Shown here: positions 9,055 through 19,064 of the stretch, in pieces
Layout: every line of letters begins with the position of its first letter
Numbering within the stretch: position 1 is the stretch's first letter
Origin: an uncultured Calditrichaceae bacterium
GTDB taxonomy: Bacteria; Calditrichota; Calditrichia; RBG-13-44-9
NCBI GenBank assembly: GCA_964387645.1
Contig: CAYLYM010000005.1
Span: 2,508-66,507, forward strand
Direction of reading: 5' to 3'
Length of the DNA stretch: 64,000 nucleotides
Translations under genes and position numbers: made by a program
The notes under the pieces: model-generated
Database searches by the model: none
What the model saw: only the letters and a program-made list of their open reading frames with translations
Told to the model about the DNA's origin: nothing

Positions 9055-10257
9055 TTAATTATTTTTACTTTCTACCATTTTGTCCATTGTTTCAATTAAC
9101 CGATCCATGCCTTTTTCCAGTTCTGACTGTGAAGCGGCAAACGACAGCCGAATATAATCGTCTGCACCAAAAGCTGCGCCTGGTACGCCTACTAAATATG
9201 AATTTTCAGTTAAAAAGGTGCAAAAATTAATAGAATTATCAATTATTACATCATTTTTTCGGTAACCATAAGCTTCTGAAACTTTGATGAAGAAATAAAA
9301 AGCACCTTGTGGATTGACATAATTAAAATAGGGACGGGAATTTAATCGATTTCGGATATAGTTTCTGCGTTGTTCGAAGGTGACTCGCATTTTTTCGATT
9401 TCATCCTGGGGACCATTGATTGCAGCCAATGCTGCTTTCTGCGAGATGGATGAAGCATTAGAAGTATAATGGCTCTGAATTTTCGACATGGCCTTTACTA
9501 CAGGAAGCGGTCCAGCAGCATAGCCTATTCTCCATCCCGTCATGGCAAAGGATTTAGAGAATCCGTTGATGACGATGGTTCTTTCAATCAAATCTCCAAA
9601 AGTAGCGATGCTCACATGTTTCAATCCATCAAAAATGATTTTTTCATAAATTTCATCTGAAATAATCCATATTTTGTGTTTCATCAAAATTTCTGCCAGG
9701 TTACGAATTTCATCAGGTGTAAGAACAACGCCGGTGGGATTGCTTGGACTGTTCAAAATGAGCGCACGGGTACGAGGTGTTAGATGTTTGTCTATTAATT
9801 CGGGAGTTACCTTAAAATTGCTTTCCCGTGTATCGATAAAAACGGGTTTTGCTCCAGCTATTTTTATTTGCTCGGGGTAACTTACCCAATAGGGAAGAGG
9901 TAATAAAACTTCGTCTCCTTCTTCCACTAATGCCATTAATGTATTTAGAATAGCTTGTTTTGCGCCATTTGACACAATTATCTGTTCTGGTGTGTAATCA
10001 AGATTGTTATCGCTTTTTAGCTTTCTGGCAATTGCATCACGAAGTTCAGGAATGCCAGTATTGGCAGTGTAACGTGTGAATCCTTCTTCAATGGCTTTTA
10101 CGCCAGCAGCGCGAACAAAAGCAGGTGTATTAAAATCAGGCTCTCCGGCTGTTAGATCTATCACATCATAACCTTGAGCTTTAAGTTGCAGGGCTTTTTC
10201 TTTTACTTGAATTGTCTTCGATGTTTCAATTTTTGATATTCTTGAAGCCAATTTCAT
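9055..10257 (-). CDS. class I/II pyridoxal-phosphate aminotransferase (aspartate/aromatic aminotransferase-like)
   Basis: …NGFSKSFAMTGWRIGY… PLP-lysine region. Listed ORF starts with TTG at 10269; ATG at 10257 is preceded by GGGGG with a 5-nt spacer. Confidence 0.8.
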   Translation of the reverse strand: MKLASRISKIETSKTIQVKEKALQLKAQGYDVIDLTAGEPDFNTPAFVRAAGVKAIEEGFTRYTANTGIPELRDAIARKLKSDNNLDYTPEQIIVSNGAKQAILNTLMALVEEGDEVLLPLPYWVSYPEQIKIAGAKPVFIDTRESNFKVTPELIDKHLTPRTRALILNSPSNPTGVVLTPDEIRNLAEILMKHKIWIISDEIYEKIIFDGLKHVSIATFGDLIERTIVINGFSKSFAMTGWRIGYAAGPLPVVKAMSKIQSHYTSNASSISQKAALAAINGPQDEIEKMRVTFEQRRNYIRNRLNSRPYFNYVNPQGAFYFFIKVSEAYGYRKNDVIIDNSINFCTFLTENSYLVGVPGAAFGADDYIRLSFAASQSELEKGMDRLIETMDKMVESKNN

Positions 10258-10346
10258 CTGAGCCCCCAATATTAATCTTTTTACAATGGAATTTATTGAT
10301 TAAAATTTCTTTTAATGTCGATCTATGGTATCAAAAATGCTTTTAC

Positions 10347-11321
10347 TTACGAAAGAATGCTGCAAATTGCAGCTACATTGACAATATCGTTTACACTACA
10401 GCCGCGCGACAGATCGTTATAAGGTTTGGCCAGTCCTTGAATCAGAGGACCAATTGCTTCCGCCCCGGCTAATCTTTCGACCATTTTATACCCAATGTTA
10501 CCGGAATTTAAGTCGGGAAATATAAATACATTAGCTTTTCCTGCTACCGGAGACCCAGGTGCTTTTCTCTGACCAATGGATTCGATATAAGCTGCATCAA
10601 ATTGCAATTCACCGTCAACTTGTAATTGTGGAACGGATTCTTTTACAATCCGAGTAGCTTCGACAACCTTATCAACTAGAGGATGTTTCGCACTCCCTTT
10701 TGTAGAGAAAGATAGCATGGCTACAAGAGGTTCTGCTCCTAATAGTTTTCTGTGGGTATTGGCCGAGCTGATTGCTATACTGGCTAGTTGCTTGGGATCA
10801 GGATCGGGAACAACAGCACAATCTCCAAAAGTAAGGATTTGTCCATTTGGAAGAACCATGATAAAAGAACTGGATACAATGTTAACATCAGGCGCCAGTC
10901 CTACAACTTGAATTGCTGCTCGCAATACATCTCCGGTTGCATTTACAGACCCTGCCACAGCTCCTGCCGCGCGATCCTGGCGAACCATCATTGCACCAAA
11001 ATATAAAGGATTAGACATAACTTCTTGGGCTTTCTGAGGAGTCATACCTTTGTGTTTACGTAGTTCGTAATATTTTTGTACATAGCCTTCAAATTCAGAA
11101 TCAGCAATTGGATTTATGATTTCAATTCCATTTAATGAAATCTCCAACTCTTCGGCTCTCTTAAGGATTTCTTCTTCATCTCCTAATAAAATAGGTTTCA
11201 CGATTTTTTCAGAATATAGAATGTTCGCAGCTTTAATGACTCTATCTTCACTTCCTTCAGGTAAAACAATAGTTTTATAATTTTCTTTAGCTTGCTCAAG
11301 GAATTTTTGTGTAACATTCAT
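10347..11321 (-). CDS. pta: phosphate acetyl/butyryl-transferase
   Basis: 324 aa; conserved family core, C-terminal …RGCSVNDIVNVAAICSI. Confidence 0.7.
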   Translation of the reverse strand: MNVTQKFLEQAKENYKTIVLPEGSEDRVIKAANILYSEKIVKPILLGDEEEILKRAEELEISLNGIEIINPIADSEFEGYVQKYYELRKHKGMTPQKAQEVMSNPLYFGAMMVRQDRAAGAVAGSVNATGDVLRAAIQVVGLAPDVNIVSSSFIMVLPNGQILTFGDCAVVPDPDPKQLASIAISSANTHRKLLGAEPLVAMLSFSTKGSAKHPLVDKVVEATRIVKESVPQLQVDGELQFDAAYIESIGQRKAPGSPVAGKANVFIFPDLNSGNIGYKMVERLAGAEAIGPLIQGLAKPYNDLSRGCSVNDIVNVAAICSILS

Positions 11322-11469
11322 TTACAGCCTCCTTCTTCTTTAATCCTTATAATATCAGATTGAAATAATCAATTTAATATTAATTTTAAATTAAGCAACA
11401 TTTTTATTTTTCAACTTTATATAATGATTAAGAATTTTTAATGAAATTGTAGCAGGAAGGAGACTGTAT

Positions 11470-11958
11470 TTAGAAACCCATTTTTTTCAAGAGAGCTTCT
11501 TTAACTGCTGTTGGCACGAAGTTGGTAATATCTCCACCAAATCGGCAGACTTCTTTAACAATGGAGGAATTAAGATAAGTATACTTTTCGTGTGGCATCA
11601 TAAAGACTGTAGTAATTTCATCTGCCAATCTGCGATTCATTAAGGCCATTTGGAGTTCATATTCAAAATCCGATACCGCACGTAATCCTCTAATAATGGC
11701 ACAAGCTTTTTTTTCTTTTGCAAATTTTACTAAAAGACCATCAAATCCTTCTACTTTAACATGATCATGAATAGATCTTTCTTGAAGAGCTTTTTTTATT
11801 AGCTCAATTCTTTCATGGATTGAAAATAATGGACTTTTTAACGGATTAATTGCCACTGTGACACAAATTTCATCAAAAAGTTTTAGGGCTCTTTCAATAA
11901 TGTCTATATGCCCATTTGTGATGGGATCAAAGCTTCCAGGGTAAATAGCCCTCCTCAT
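11470..11958 (-). CDS. coaD: phosphopantetheine adenylyltransferase
   Basis: MRRAIYPGSFDPITNGHIDII (HxGH nucleotidyltransferase motif). Start ATG 11956-11958 overlaps the rsmD stop (ATGA). Upstream extension of the listed ORF rejected. Confidence 0.85.
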   Translation of the reverse strand: MRRAIYPGSFDPITNGHIDIIERALKLFDEICVTVAINPLKSPLFSIHERIELIKKALQERSIHDHVKVEGFDGLLVKFAKEKKACAIIRGLRAVSDFEYELQMALMNRRLADEITTVFMMPHEKYTYLNSSIVKEVCRFGGDITNFVPTAVKEALLKKMGF

Positions 11959-12506
11959 CCCTCCTCCTTTCTGCCAAAGAAGGTAATAATACTGCGATCG
12001 AATTTCTTCTGGCGTAATACTTCGTAAACGTTTGTTTCCCACTCTATATAATGATTTCTTTCGCTCTCGAGAACTAATATACCATATTCAGATAGATTTT
12101 CTGGAAGAAAGGAAAGAGGTAATAATTCAATATATCGATCCCATTTAAATGGTGGGTCTGCAAAAATTAAATCGAAAGGTTTTTTATTTTGACGCAAAAA
12201 AGATAAAACATTTTTTTTGATTATATTGTAAGGCTCACGAACTTGAATACGATTTAAATTTCTTCTCAGCACTTTTATTGAATTAAAAGAGTTATCTACA
12301 AATGTAACGCTATGTGCTCCCCTGCTTAAAGCTTCAATTCCAAGACTACCTGATCCAGAAAACAAATCTAATACCCGGCAATCTTCAACAAAATCACCCA
12401 ATATTTCAAAAATATATTCCTTGACACGATCTGTTGTGGGACGTATAGATTGATCGTTTGTAGAATATAAATGTTGACCTTTATACTTTCCGGAAATCAC
12501 TCGCAT
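11955..12506 (-). CDS. rsmD: 16S rRNA (guanine966-N2)-methyltransferase
   Basis: LDLFSGSGSLGIEALSRGA (SAM motif I) and FADPPF (motif IV); conserved rsmD-coaD gene pair. Confidence 0.8.
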   Translation of the reverse strand: MRVISGKYKGQHLYSTNDQSIRPTTDRVKEYIFEILGDFVEDCRVLDLFSGSGSLGIEALSRGAHSVTFVDNSFNSIKVLRRNLNRIQVREPYNIIKKNVLSFLRQNKKPFDLIFADPPFKWDRYIELLPLSFLPENLSEYGILVLESERNHYIEWETNVYEVLRQKKFDRSIITFFGRKEEG

Positions 12507-12524
12507 AAATACTGTTTCACTTAC

Positions 12525-13622
12525 CTATTTGGCGCTATAATAAGTAAAGATTAACCGTGTTGAAAGATTATTATCTGTAATTATCTCTAAATTATATGGA
12601 TATATGGAAAATTTATTAATTTTTATCATTGGAAAAGATTCAACCAAATTACCAATAAAGTTCAAAAGATTTTCTTTCCGCCCATTCAAATATGCATAAT
12701 AAACTGTTTCGCTATAAGTAATGCGATTGGTTATATTTCCTTTTTTGAAATATTGTATTTGAACTCCATATTTTTTCGCCACACTTTGGAACTCATTTGC
12801 AATATTTTTAGTGGTTAGTGCTTTTATTTCAGAAACAGGTTTGGGAGCAACGGTTTTAGGTGGATTCACTCTGGCGCTAAGATCAGCATAAATTTTTTTA
12901 TTTGATTTAGGTTGTACGGCAATAATTCTAAAACCAAAACTTGGGAAAGCTTTTTTCAAATCCATATGAAACCTGGCAATTTGGTCTCGAGAATCTGCCA
13001 GGATAGTTAAATTGATATCAGTTGGTGTCATCACAATGAGAGAAAAATCTGCAGAGCCAGGTTTTTGATTTATAAAGTTTTGTAAATTATTTTTTAAAAA
13101 TCTGTTACTATTTAGGTTTTGCTGATAGATTGGTAATAAAACAACTTCTTTAGATTTGATTGTCTGAGTTTCACTTAGTTGAGTTGACAAAGGCTGTTTG
13201 GGTAATTCTTTTGTTGTAGCAACTTCTTCTCCACTTTTCGTTAACTGGTAAACAATGAAAATAATGAGGAGAAGTAATAAAACAATACTTCCAAATATGA
13301 AAAAAGGTTTTTTTACACTTAGCGTTGACTTAAATATGTTGAATTCATCCTCCTGCACGGCATAAGTGCCTCTTTGCAATGTTTCCTCTTCCTCAGTCTC
13401 GGGTTGTTCTTCTTCAATTAAAAAAGATTCATTACTATCTTTAGCTTCGGTCTGAGGTTCAGCCTTATCAAAAAACGATTCTGTAGATGTAAAAGAAAGG
13501 TCTATATTTTCTTTGCGTTCAGGTAGTTTTTTGCTTACAAATGGCTCTTCTTCCAGTTTTTCTGTTTTAGATGTATCTATCAAAGTTAAAGGATTGGCGG
13601 TTTTTAAATTAATTTTAGCCAT
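12525..13622 (-). CDS. bitopic membrane protein, PilN/PilO-like candidate
   Basis: ~120-aa acidic low-complexity N-terminus, one TM helix (FFIFGSIVLLLLLIIFIVY), ~230-aa periplasmic domain. Positioned after a PilM-like gene. Confidence 0.3.
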   Translation of the reverse strand: MAKINLKTANPLTLIDTSKTEKLEEEPFVSKKLPERKENIDLSFTSTESFFDKAEPQTEAKDSNESFLIEEEQPETEEEETLQRGTYAVQEDEFNIFKSTLSVKKPFFIFGSIVLLLLLIIFIVYQLTKSGEEVATTKELPKQPLSTQLSETQTIKSKEVVLLPIYQQNLNSNRFLKNNLQNFINQKPGSADFSLIVMTPTDINLTILADSRDQIARFHMDLKKAFPSFGFRIIAVQPKSNKKIYADLSARVNPPKTVAPKPVSEIKALTTKNIANEFQSVAKKYGVQIQYFKKGNITNRITYSETVYYAYLNGRKENLLNFIGNLVESFPMIKINKFSIYPYNLEIITDNNLSTRLIFTYYSAK

Positions 13623-13647
13623 GAAAGTTTACCCTCTCTTTCTTGCG

Positions 13648-14586
13648 TTAGAAAATATTCGAGATGGGTTCAACAAATTGAAAAATGTTTTCAGCAGAAA
13701 GAAGAGCATCTTGAATTTTTAACTGAAACGCAGAATTTGTATCAACATTGAATAATTTTATCGGTAATTGGACCTGGGCCTGAATTATATCTAACCATTC
13801 AGCTTTAAAATGATAACCATAAAAGACTATTGTTTTAATATTGAAAAGAGATCGATCTAAAACTGGTGGCGATTGAATTTCATCTAATAGTAAATCAAAT
13901 GAGGATAAAAGATATTCTTCATCGATTTGTTCAATGGTATTCAGGTCAGTATTATATGGTTTAAAATCGTAGTGGATAAATTGTTCTGGAGTGGAAATTA
14001 TAATATCATAGCCTCTTCGTTGCCAGCCTATAATAAGAGTTTGTCCCTTTGCATCTGGATATAATTGCCGATACAATTCATCGACAGTGAAACACGAGGG
14101 TGTTAGGACATCAAGTTCCAATCCAGAAAACTCAGCAATATCCTGAAAATATTGAATTACTTTTTTTCTAACAGCCAGAATTAAAATTTCTGTCAACCCT
14201 TCACTGGCTTCAACTTTTTCTAATTGATAGATTTGGTAATTTTCAGAAGGTTCTTCCCAAATTTTTTCTAGTTCAAAAAAAATAAATTCATTATAATTTT
14301 CTGAAGAAATTGTAGAATCTAAAGCTATCTTTTTGATCAGAGAAAATTTGCTTGGGAATGTAAAGCGAACTTTTTCTTTCGAGAAACTATTTTGTTCGAT
14401 AAGGGTTACCAGTTTTTTAGATATTTGGTTAATCGATTCGGTCTGGTTTAAGCTTTTGTGATCTATGATCAAGGGCAGTGAATCACTCACTGCCCTTCTT
14501 ATTACTATATTACTTTCATCTAAAATCACATCTGCCCATTGTACAAAGTCTTCATGGAAGGAAACACTATTGATCTGTTTATTCAT
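13648..14586 (-). CDS. PilM-like actin-fold pilus assembly protein candidate
   Basis: Loose pattern match to PilM (…FIFFELEKIWEEP… vs PilM AVRWEAERYIPF; GLELDVLTPSCF vs GLVPVVLDVKPF); 312 aa. From memory. Confidence 0.35.
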   Translation of the reverse strand: MNKQINSVSFHEDFVQWADVILDESNIVIRRAVSDSLPLIIDHKSLNQTESINQISKKLVTLIEQNSFSKEKVRFTFPSKFSLIKKIALDSTISSENYNEFIFFELEKIWEEPSENYQIYQLEKVEASEGLTEILILAVRKKVIQYFQDIAEFSGLELDVLTPSCFTVDELYRQLYPDAKGQTLIIGWQRRGYDIIISTPEQFIHYDFKPYNTDLNTIEQIDEEYLLSSFDLLLDEIQSPPVLDRSLFNIKTIVFYGYHFKAEWLDIIQAQVQLPIKLFNVDTNSAFQLKIQDALLSAENIFQFVEPISNIF

Positions 14587-14598
14587 AAAACCTCTTTA

Positions 14599-16290
14599 TT
14601 ATTGTTCCCAACTTTTTTCTCCATTCACGATGGAACCATGGTTGATATGTTTTTTGGTAAATATAAGATAAATTGGTTCTTCTACTCCTTCCAAAGCTTT
14701 TAGTAAATCTTGTTCAAGTTTATGGCCAGCTTCTGTTAATGCCTGAGCAAAAGCCTGATCGAAACTGGATTTTATTTGAGAAACAATTTCTAAAGCCGGT
14801 GCAAAGGTTTCAGAATGCGAAATGATTCTCCTTCTGGTAGAAGCAGGCAAACGTGTTACCGTGATCATTGAATCTAATTGTTTAAGTTTTTTATTAAAAT
14901 AATTTATCTGGTCTTCTAAATCTTTAATGTTTCCTGTTTTTATTCGAGTTGCCAGTGTATCAATTGGGTTCAATATATCTTCAATCATGGGTTTAAGGAC
15001 TGATAATTTATTTTCAGTTTCAAGAGTCTTTACGAAATTCTGGTAATCATGCGAGTATTTATAAAAAAAGACGTTACTAAGGTCGCGCATTTCTGCTTGT
15101 AGCTCTTTCAAGCTCAACAAGATGTCAGTTTTTCTTCTTATGAAGACACGGTTTTTTTCCATTACTTCTTTGGTTTGTGCAATGATAGTATCAAGTTGAT
15201 TTAACTTATCGATATAAGGAAGATCTTTTACCGGCTCGATGTCTGCTATAAACTTTTGCTGAAATTCAGAAAGCAAATTAGGACATTCCACGGTTATCTT
15301 ATTACTATCGATACTAATAATGTAAGGCTCCTGACAGTCTGGACAGGAAAAATTTTCTTCGGTAAAATTAATAAGCAAGGAATCGACCTCACTTAAAGCA
15401 GTTAATCCATATTTTTTTGATATCATAAAATATTCTGGTGAAAGAAACTTCTCATGGAGAGCGGCCATATTTTCTCGTTCGCTCTGTAACTGATTTTGAT
15501 CTAAAGATAAATCAGTGTTATTTAAGGTATTTACGCTAGTATTTATTCTATCAATAAATTTTTTCAATCGATCATGTACACTAGAAACCTTAACAATATC
15601 TGTTTTACGAATAGCATCGATTAAACTATTAATTTTTTTGTATTCTGCATTCCAATAGTCTGTAAAATCCGATTTTTCGTATTGAGGGAAGTATACCAGA
15701 ATTGAATCGACATAGTTCAATGCATGGAGAACACTATTCTGGAGTGAGTAGTCAGATACTTTTTCCTTCATAGACCTAAGAGAATCCACAAATAATTTTA
15801 CACGGCTAAAATTTGGGAATGTAGCACTCGAATCCATTTGCATTATTTCATGGTTAATCTCCTTGCTCAAAGAAGCCACGTTTTCGTATTTACGGAAATA
15901 ACGTTCATTTCCAATCAGGTCTCCGGTAATTTCAAATGCGGCTTGTGAAATAGTGGAAATTTGCTCAATACTAGGGATAGAAAGAATATTGTCAACCACT
16001 TGAATGAAACTTCGAGTGAGTGAAACGATTGACTGACGCTGTTGAAGTCCTGAATCATTTTGAACAAATGTTAAAAGCTTAGAAAGCGTGTCGGTGTAAG
16101 ATTCTGTTGCACGATAAAAGAAACGTTCGGCTTCATAAATGGTGGTTAAATTATTTCGACACGCTTTAGTAACCTTTTCCTCTTTTTCCCAGATTTTGTT
16201 GGGAATTATTATAACTGCAATCAATAGCAGTGAAACGAGAACAATTAGAATTTCGAGAATAATAGAACCTTTCGGACGTTGAGCAGCCAT
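14599..16290 (-). CDS. large protein with type IV prepilin-like N-terminus (giant pilin/pseudopilin candidate)
   Basis: MAAQRPKG|SIILEILIVLVSLLLIAVIIIPN: basic leader, Gly at -1, Glu at +5, ~20 hydrophobic residues then IP, as in class III signal peptides. CPDCQ…ECPN cysteine pair mid-protein. Confidence 0.5.
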   Translation of the reverse strand: MAAQRPKGSIILEILIVLVSLLLIAVIIIPNKIWEKEEKVTKACRNNLTTIYEAERFFYRATESYTDTLSKLLTFVQNDSGLQQRQSIVSLTRSFIQVVDNILSIPSIEQISTISQAAFEITGDLIGNERYFRKYENVASLSKEINHEIMQMDSSATFPNFSRVKLFVDSLRSMKEKVSDYSLQNSVLHALNYVDSILVYFPQYEKSDFTDYWNAEYKKINSLIDAIRKTDIVKVSSVHDRLKKFIDRINTSVNTLNNTDLSLDQNQLQSERENMAALHEKFLSPEYFMISKKYGLTALSEVDSLLINFTEENFSCPDCQEPYIISIDSNKITVECPNLLSEFQQKFIADIEPVKDLPYIDKLNQLDTIIAQTKEVMEKNRVFIRRKTDILLSLKELQAEMRDLSNVFFYKYSHDYQNFVKTLETENKLSVLKPMIEDILNPIDTLATRIKTGNIKDLEDQINYFNKKLKQLDSMITVTRLPASTRRRIISHSETFAPALEIVSQIKSSFDQAFAQALTEAGHKLEQDLLKALEGVEEPIYLIFTKKHINHGSIVNGEKSWEQ

Positions 16291-16569
16291 TATTCCTCCG
16301 TCGATTTATTGCTTTATTCATTATGATTTATTAACTTAACTTATAAAGCACCTCATAAATATGCTAAAATGATGAAAAGTTTAATAAAATAACTATAAAA
16401 TGTCAATTAATTTTTGAAAATAAGATTTACAAAAATCCTTTTATTTTTTAAAGTTGTGAGCATTTTTTAAAAACTCTTATAATAAAGAATTTAAAGAAAA
16501 TACAAAAAGTAATTTCATTGAAATATTTTACAATTGCAATATTTATTACATTAAATTTTTTATACTCAG

Positions 16570-16605
16570 TTATCAGTTATAATCAAGTTATCAGTTATAA
16601 TCAAG
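16570..16605. repeat. perfect tandem direct repeat 2 x 18 bp (ttatcagttataatcaag) in the divergent intergenic region
   Basis: Read directly at 16570-16587 and 16588-16605; lies between the pilin-like operon start (16290, minus) and mtnA (16721, plus). Confidence 0.7.
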
Positions 16606-16720
16606 TGTCTATTTTATGAATATATCATAATATATCATGATTATGAATAAAAAATAAAAATATTTTGGAAAATGGATTATCAAATTTTAAATTTTTTAAT
16701 TTCAAAAAGTGGATCGGATT

Positions 16721-17758
16721 ATGATCAAAAGTATTGAATGGATTGGAGGAAGGTTAAGAATTGTGGACCAAACTGAAATTCCCAATAAATTGGTTTACAG
16801 GGAATTACAAGATGTTGAGGAAGTATATGAAGCTATAAAAAAATTAAGAGTTCGTGGGGCTCCTGCTATTGGAGTTGTAGCAGTTTTTGGTCTTTATCTT
16901 GGATTGTGCAAAGAAGTATTTCCTGAAAGGTCAAGTCTGATTTCTCGTGCAAAATACCTTGCTGAATACCTGTCAAAAGCACGACCAACAGCGGTGAATT
17001 TAAATTGGGCTTTGCAAAACGCTTTGAAGAGATTAGAATCTGTTAATGGAGATGTGAAAACTGCGTTAAATGCATTATTAGATCATGCATTAAAAGTAAA
17101 AAAAGATGATGAAATACGTTGTGCGAAAATTGGAGAATACGGTGCCAGTCTTATTATGGATGGTATGAACATTCTTACTCACTGTAATACCGGTGTACTC
17201 GCTACTGCCGGGATTGGTACTGCCCTGGGTGCTATTTATACTGCCTGGAAGCATGGAAAAAAGATTAAGGTTTTGGTAGATGAAACCCGCCCTCTTCTTC
17301 AAGGCGCAAGACTAACAATTTGGGAATTACAACAGGCAGGTATACCATGTACGCTTATCACTGATAATATGTCTGCCTATGCGATGAAGTTGAAAAAAGT
17401 TGATATGGTTATTGTTGGTGCTGATAGAATAACTGTTAATGGAGATGTTGCTAATAAAATTGGAACGTACAGTTTGGCTATTCAATGTAAATATCATGGA
17501 ATTCCGTTTTATGTAGCTGCTCCCCTTTCTACCTTTGATTTTTCTCTTTCTTCGGGAGATCAGATACCAATTGAAGAAAGAAATGGGAATGAAATTACTC
17601 AAATTTTAGGAAAGGTACCTATTGCAAGTTCACAAACATTAACTTGGAATCCGGCTTTTGATGTAACTCCCAACGAATTAATTACTGGTTTTATAACAGA
17701 AAAAGGTATTGCAAAACCACCATTCAAAAAATCTTTTCATATGCTTAAATTTTTTTAG
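16721..17758 (+). CDS. mtnA: methylthioribose-1-phosphate isomerase (eIF-2B alpha/beta/delta family)
   Basis: MIKSIEWIGGRLRIVDQT…RGAPAIG… family signature. Listed ORF starts with GTG at 16709; ATG at 16721 gives the canonical N-terminus. Confidence 0.75.
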   Translation: MIKSIEWIGGRLRIVDQTEIPNKLVYRELQDVEEVYEAIKKLRVRGAPAIGVVAVFGLYLGLCKEVFPERSSLISRAKYLAEYLSKARPTAVNLNWALQNALKRLESVNGDVKTALNALLDHALKVKKDDEIRCAKIGEYGASLIMDGMNILTHCNTGVLATAGIGTALGAIYTAWKHGKKIKVLVDETRPLLQGARLTIWELQQAGIPCTLITDNMSAYAMKLKKVDMVIVGADRITVNGDVANKIGTYSLAIQCKYHGIPFYVAAPLSTFDFSLSSGDQIPIEERNGNEITQILGKVPIASSQTLTWNPAFDVTPNELITGFITEKGIAKPPFKKSFHMLKFF

Positions 17759-17791
17759 TAAATTTACAAAAAACTAGAAGGAGTATTTTTT

Positions 17792-18907
17792 ATGAAAAAG
17801 TTACTTGTCATCTCTGTTTTTATATTTTTATGCAGTATGTTTCTTCTTACATCCTGCCGACCGCCGGAACTGGAAGGGGTTGTGGTAAATATGCAACAGG
17901 GATTATATGACAAAGCTTTTGCCTTGGCTAAAGAAGCTGTTGAAAAATATCCAGATAATCCAGAAGCATGGTATTTATTAGGTAGACTTTACGGGCGCCA
18001 GGAGAATTTTGAGAAAATGAATGAGTGTTATGAAAAAAGTCTTGCATTAGGTTCTAAATACAAAGCAGATATCGAAAGAGACCGCTTTAACTATTTTGCA
18101 GAAAATTATAATAATGCTATCAATAATTATTACAAACGCGCTCGTGATGAACAAAATCCAGAAACCCAAAAGAAGCTATATAAAGCAGCTTCAGAAAAAT
18201 TTTTAAAAGCATTTCTGGCTGATCCTGTGCGGACAGAACCACTTATGCCAATGGCGATATCTTTTCTTGAAATCGGCGATACAGCTACTGCTGAAAAATA
18301 CATGAAAAAAGCACTTGAAATGAAACCTCAAAATGACACCCTTTTAGTTGCTGTCGGCGATTTTTATTATCGTATTAATCGGAAAAATAATGCTAAATCG
18401 TTGTACGAAAAAGCTATCGAAGTGAATCCTAAAAATATTCAGGCTCATTTATCATTAGGTCAAATTTATACAGAAGAAAAAAATTGGGATAAAGCTGTTG
18501 AACAACTTAATATTGCTGCGGAAATGCAACCGAATAATTCGGTTATTACATTTAATATTGCCATACTTTATTACAATCAACAAAATTATGAAAAGGCAAT
18601 CCCATATATCAAAAAAACCATAGAGTTAGATCCACAAAATAAAGATATGCATGAGCTCCTGAGCATTAGTTATATCCAACTTGCCCAACAGGAGTTGGAA
18701 AAATTTAACAAGACTGAAGATTCGAAATATAAAGAAAATGCTATGAAAATTTACGACAAAGCTATTGTTTTTCTTGAAGATGCTATTCAAAAATTTCCTG
18801 ATTCCGCTTTGATGTGGAATAATTTAGGAGTTTGCTATGCTCAAAAAGGTTTGAAGGAAAAAGCCCAGGAAGCCTTTAAGAAACAGAAGGAATTGGAAGA
18901 ACAATAA
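17792..18907 (+). CDS. TPR-repeat lipoprotein
   Basis: AGGAG RBS; lipobox LLTSC; multiple 34-aa TPR-like repeats (…AWYLLGRLY…, …AHLSLGQIY…). Confidence 0.6.
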   Translation: MKKLLVISVFIFLCSMFLLTSCRPPELEGVVVNMQQGLYDKAFALAKEAVEKYPDNPEAWYLLGRLYGRQENFEKMNECYEKSLALGSKYKADIERDRFNYFAENYNNAINNYYKRARDEQNPETQKKLYKAASEKFLKAFLADPVRTEPLMPMAISFLEIGDTATAEKYMKKALEMKPQNDTLLVAVGDFYYRINRKNNAKSLYEKAIEVNPKNIQAHLSLGQIYTEEKNWDKAVEQLNIAAEMQPNNSVITFNIAILYYNQQNYEKAIPYIKKTIELDPQNKDMHELLSISYIQLAQQELEKFNKTEDSKYKENAMKIYDKAIVFLEDAIQKFPDSALMWNNLGVCYAQKGLKEKAQEAFKKQKELEEQ

Positions 18908-18936
18908 AGTAAATCTCAGAAAAGTAATAATATCTA

Positions 18937-18974
18937 TGAGCCAAAACCGGTATTCGGTTTTGGCTCATTTTTTA
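18937..18974 (+). terminator. rho-independent terminator
   Basis: tgagccaaaaccg-gtat-tcggttttggctca stem-loop followed by tttttt, 30 nt after the stop codon. Confidence 0.6.
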
Positions 18975-19064
18975 GTATCCCACCGAATTAAATTTGCAAA
19001 AATCCCCTTTTTTTCATTATTTTTAATCAAGGTCATACATAAATTTAAATAAAGAGGGTTTTGT

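Noticed and set aside
16570-16605. CRISPR array
   Set aside because: Only two tandem copies with no spacers. No repeat-spacer periodicity anywhere in the window and no cas genes
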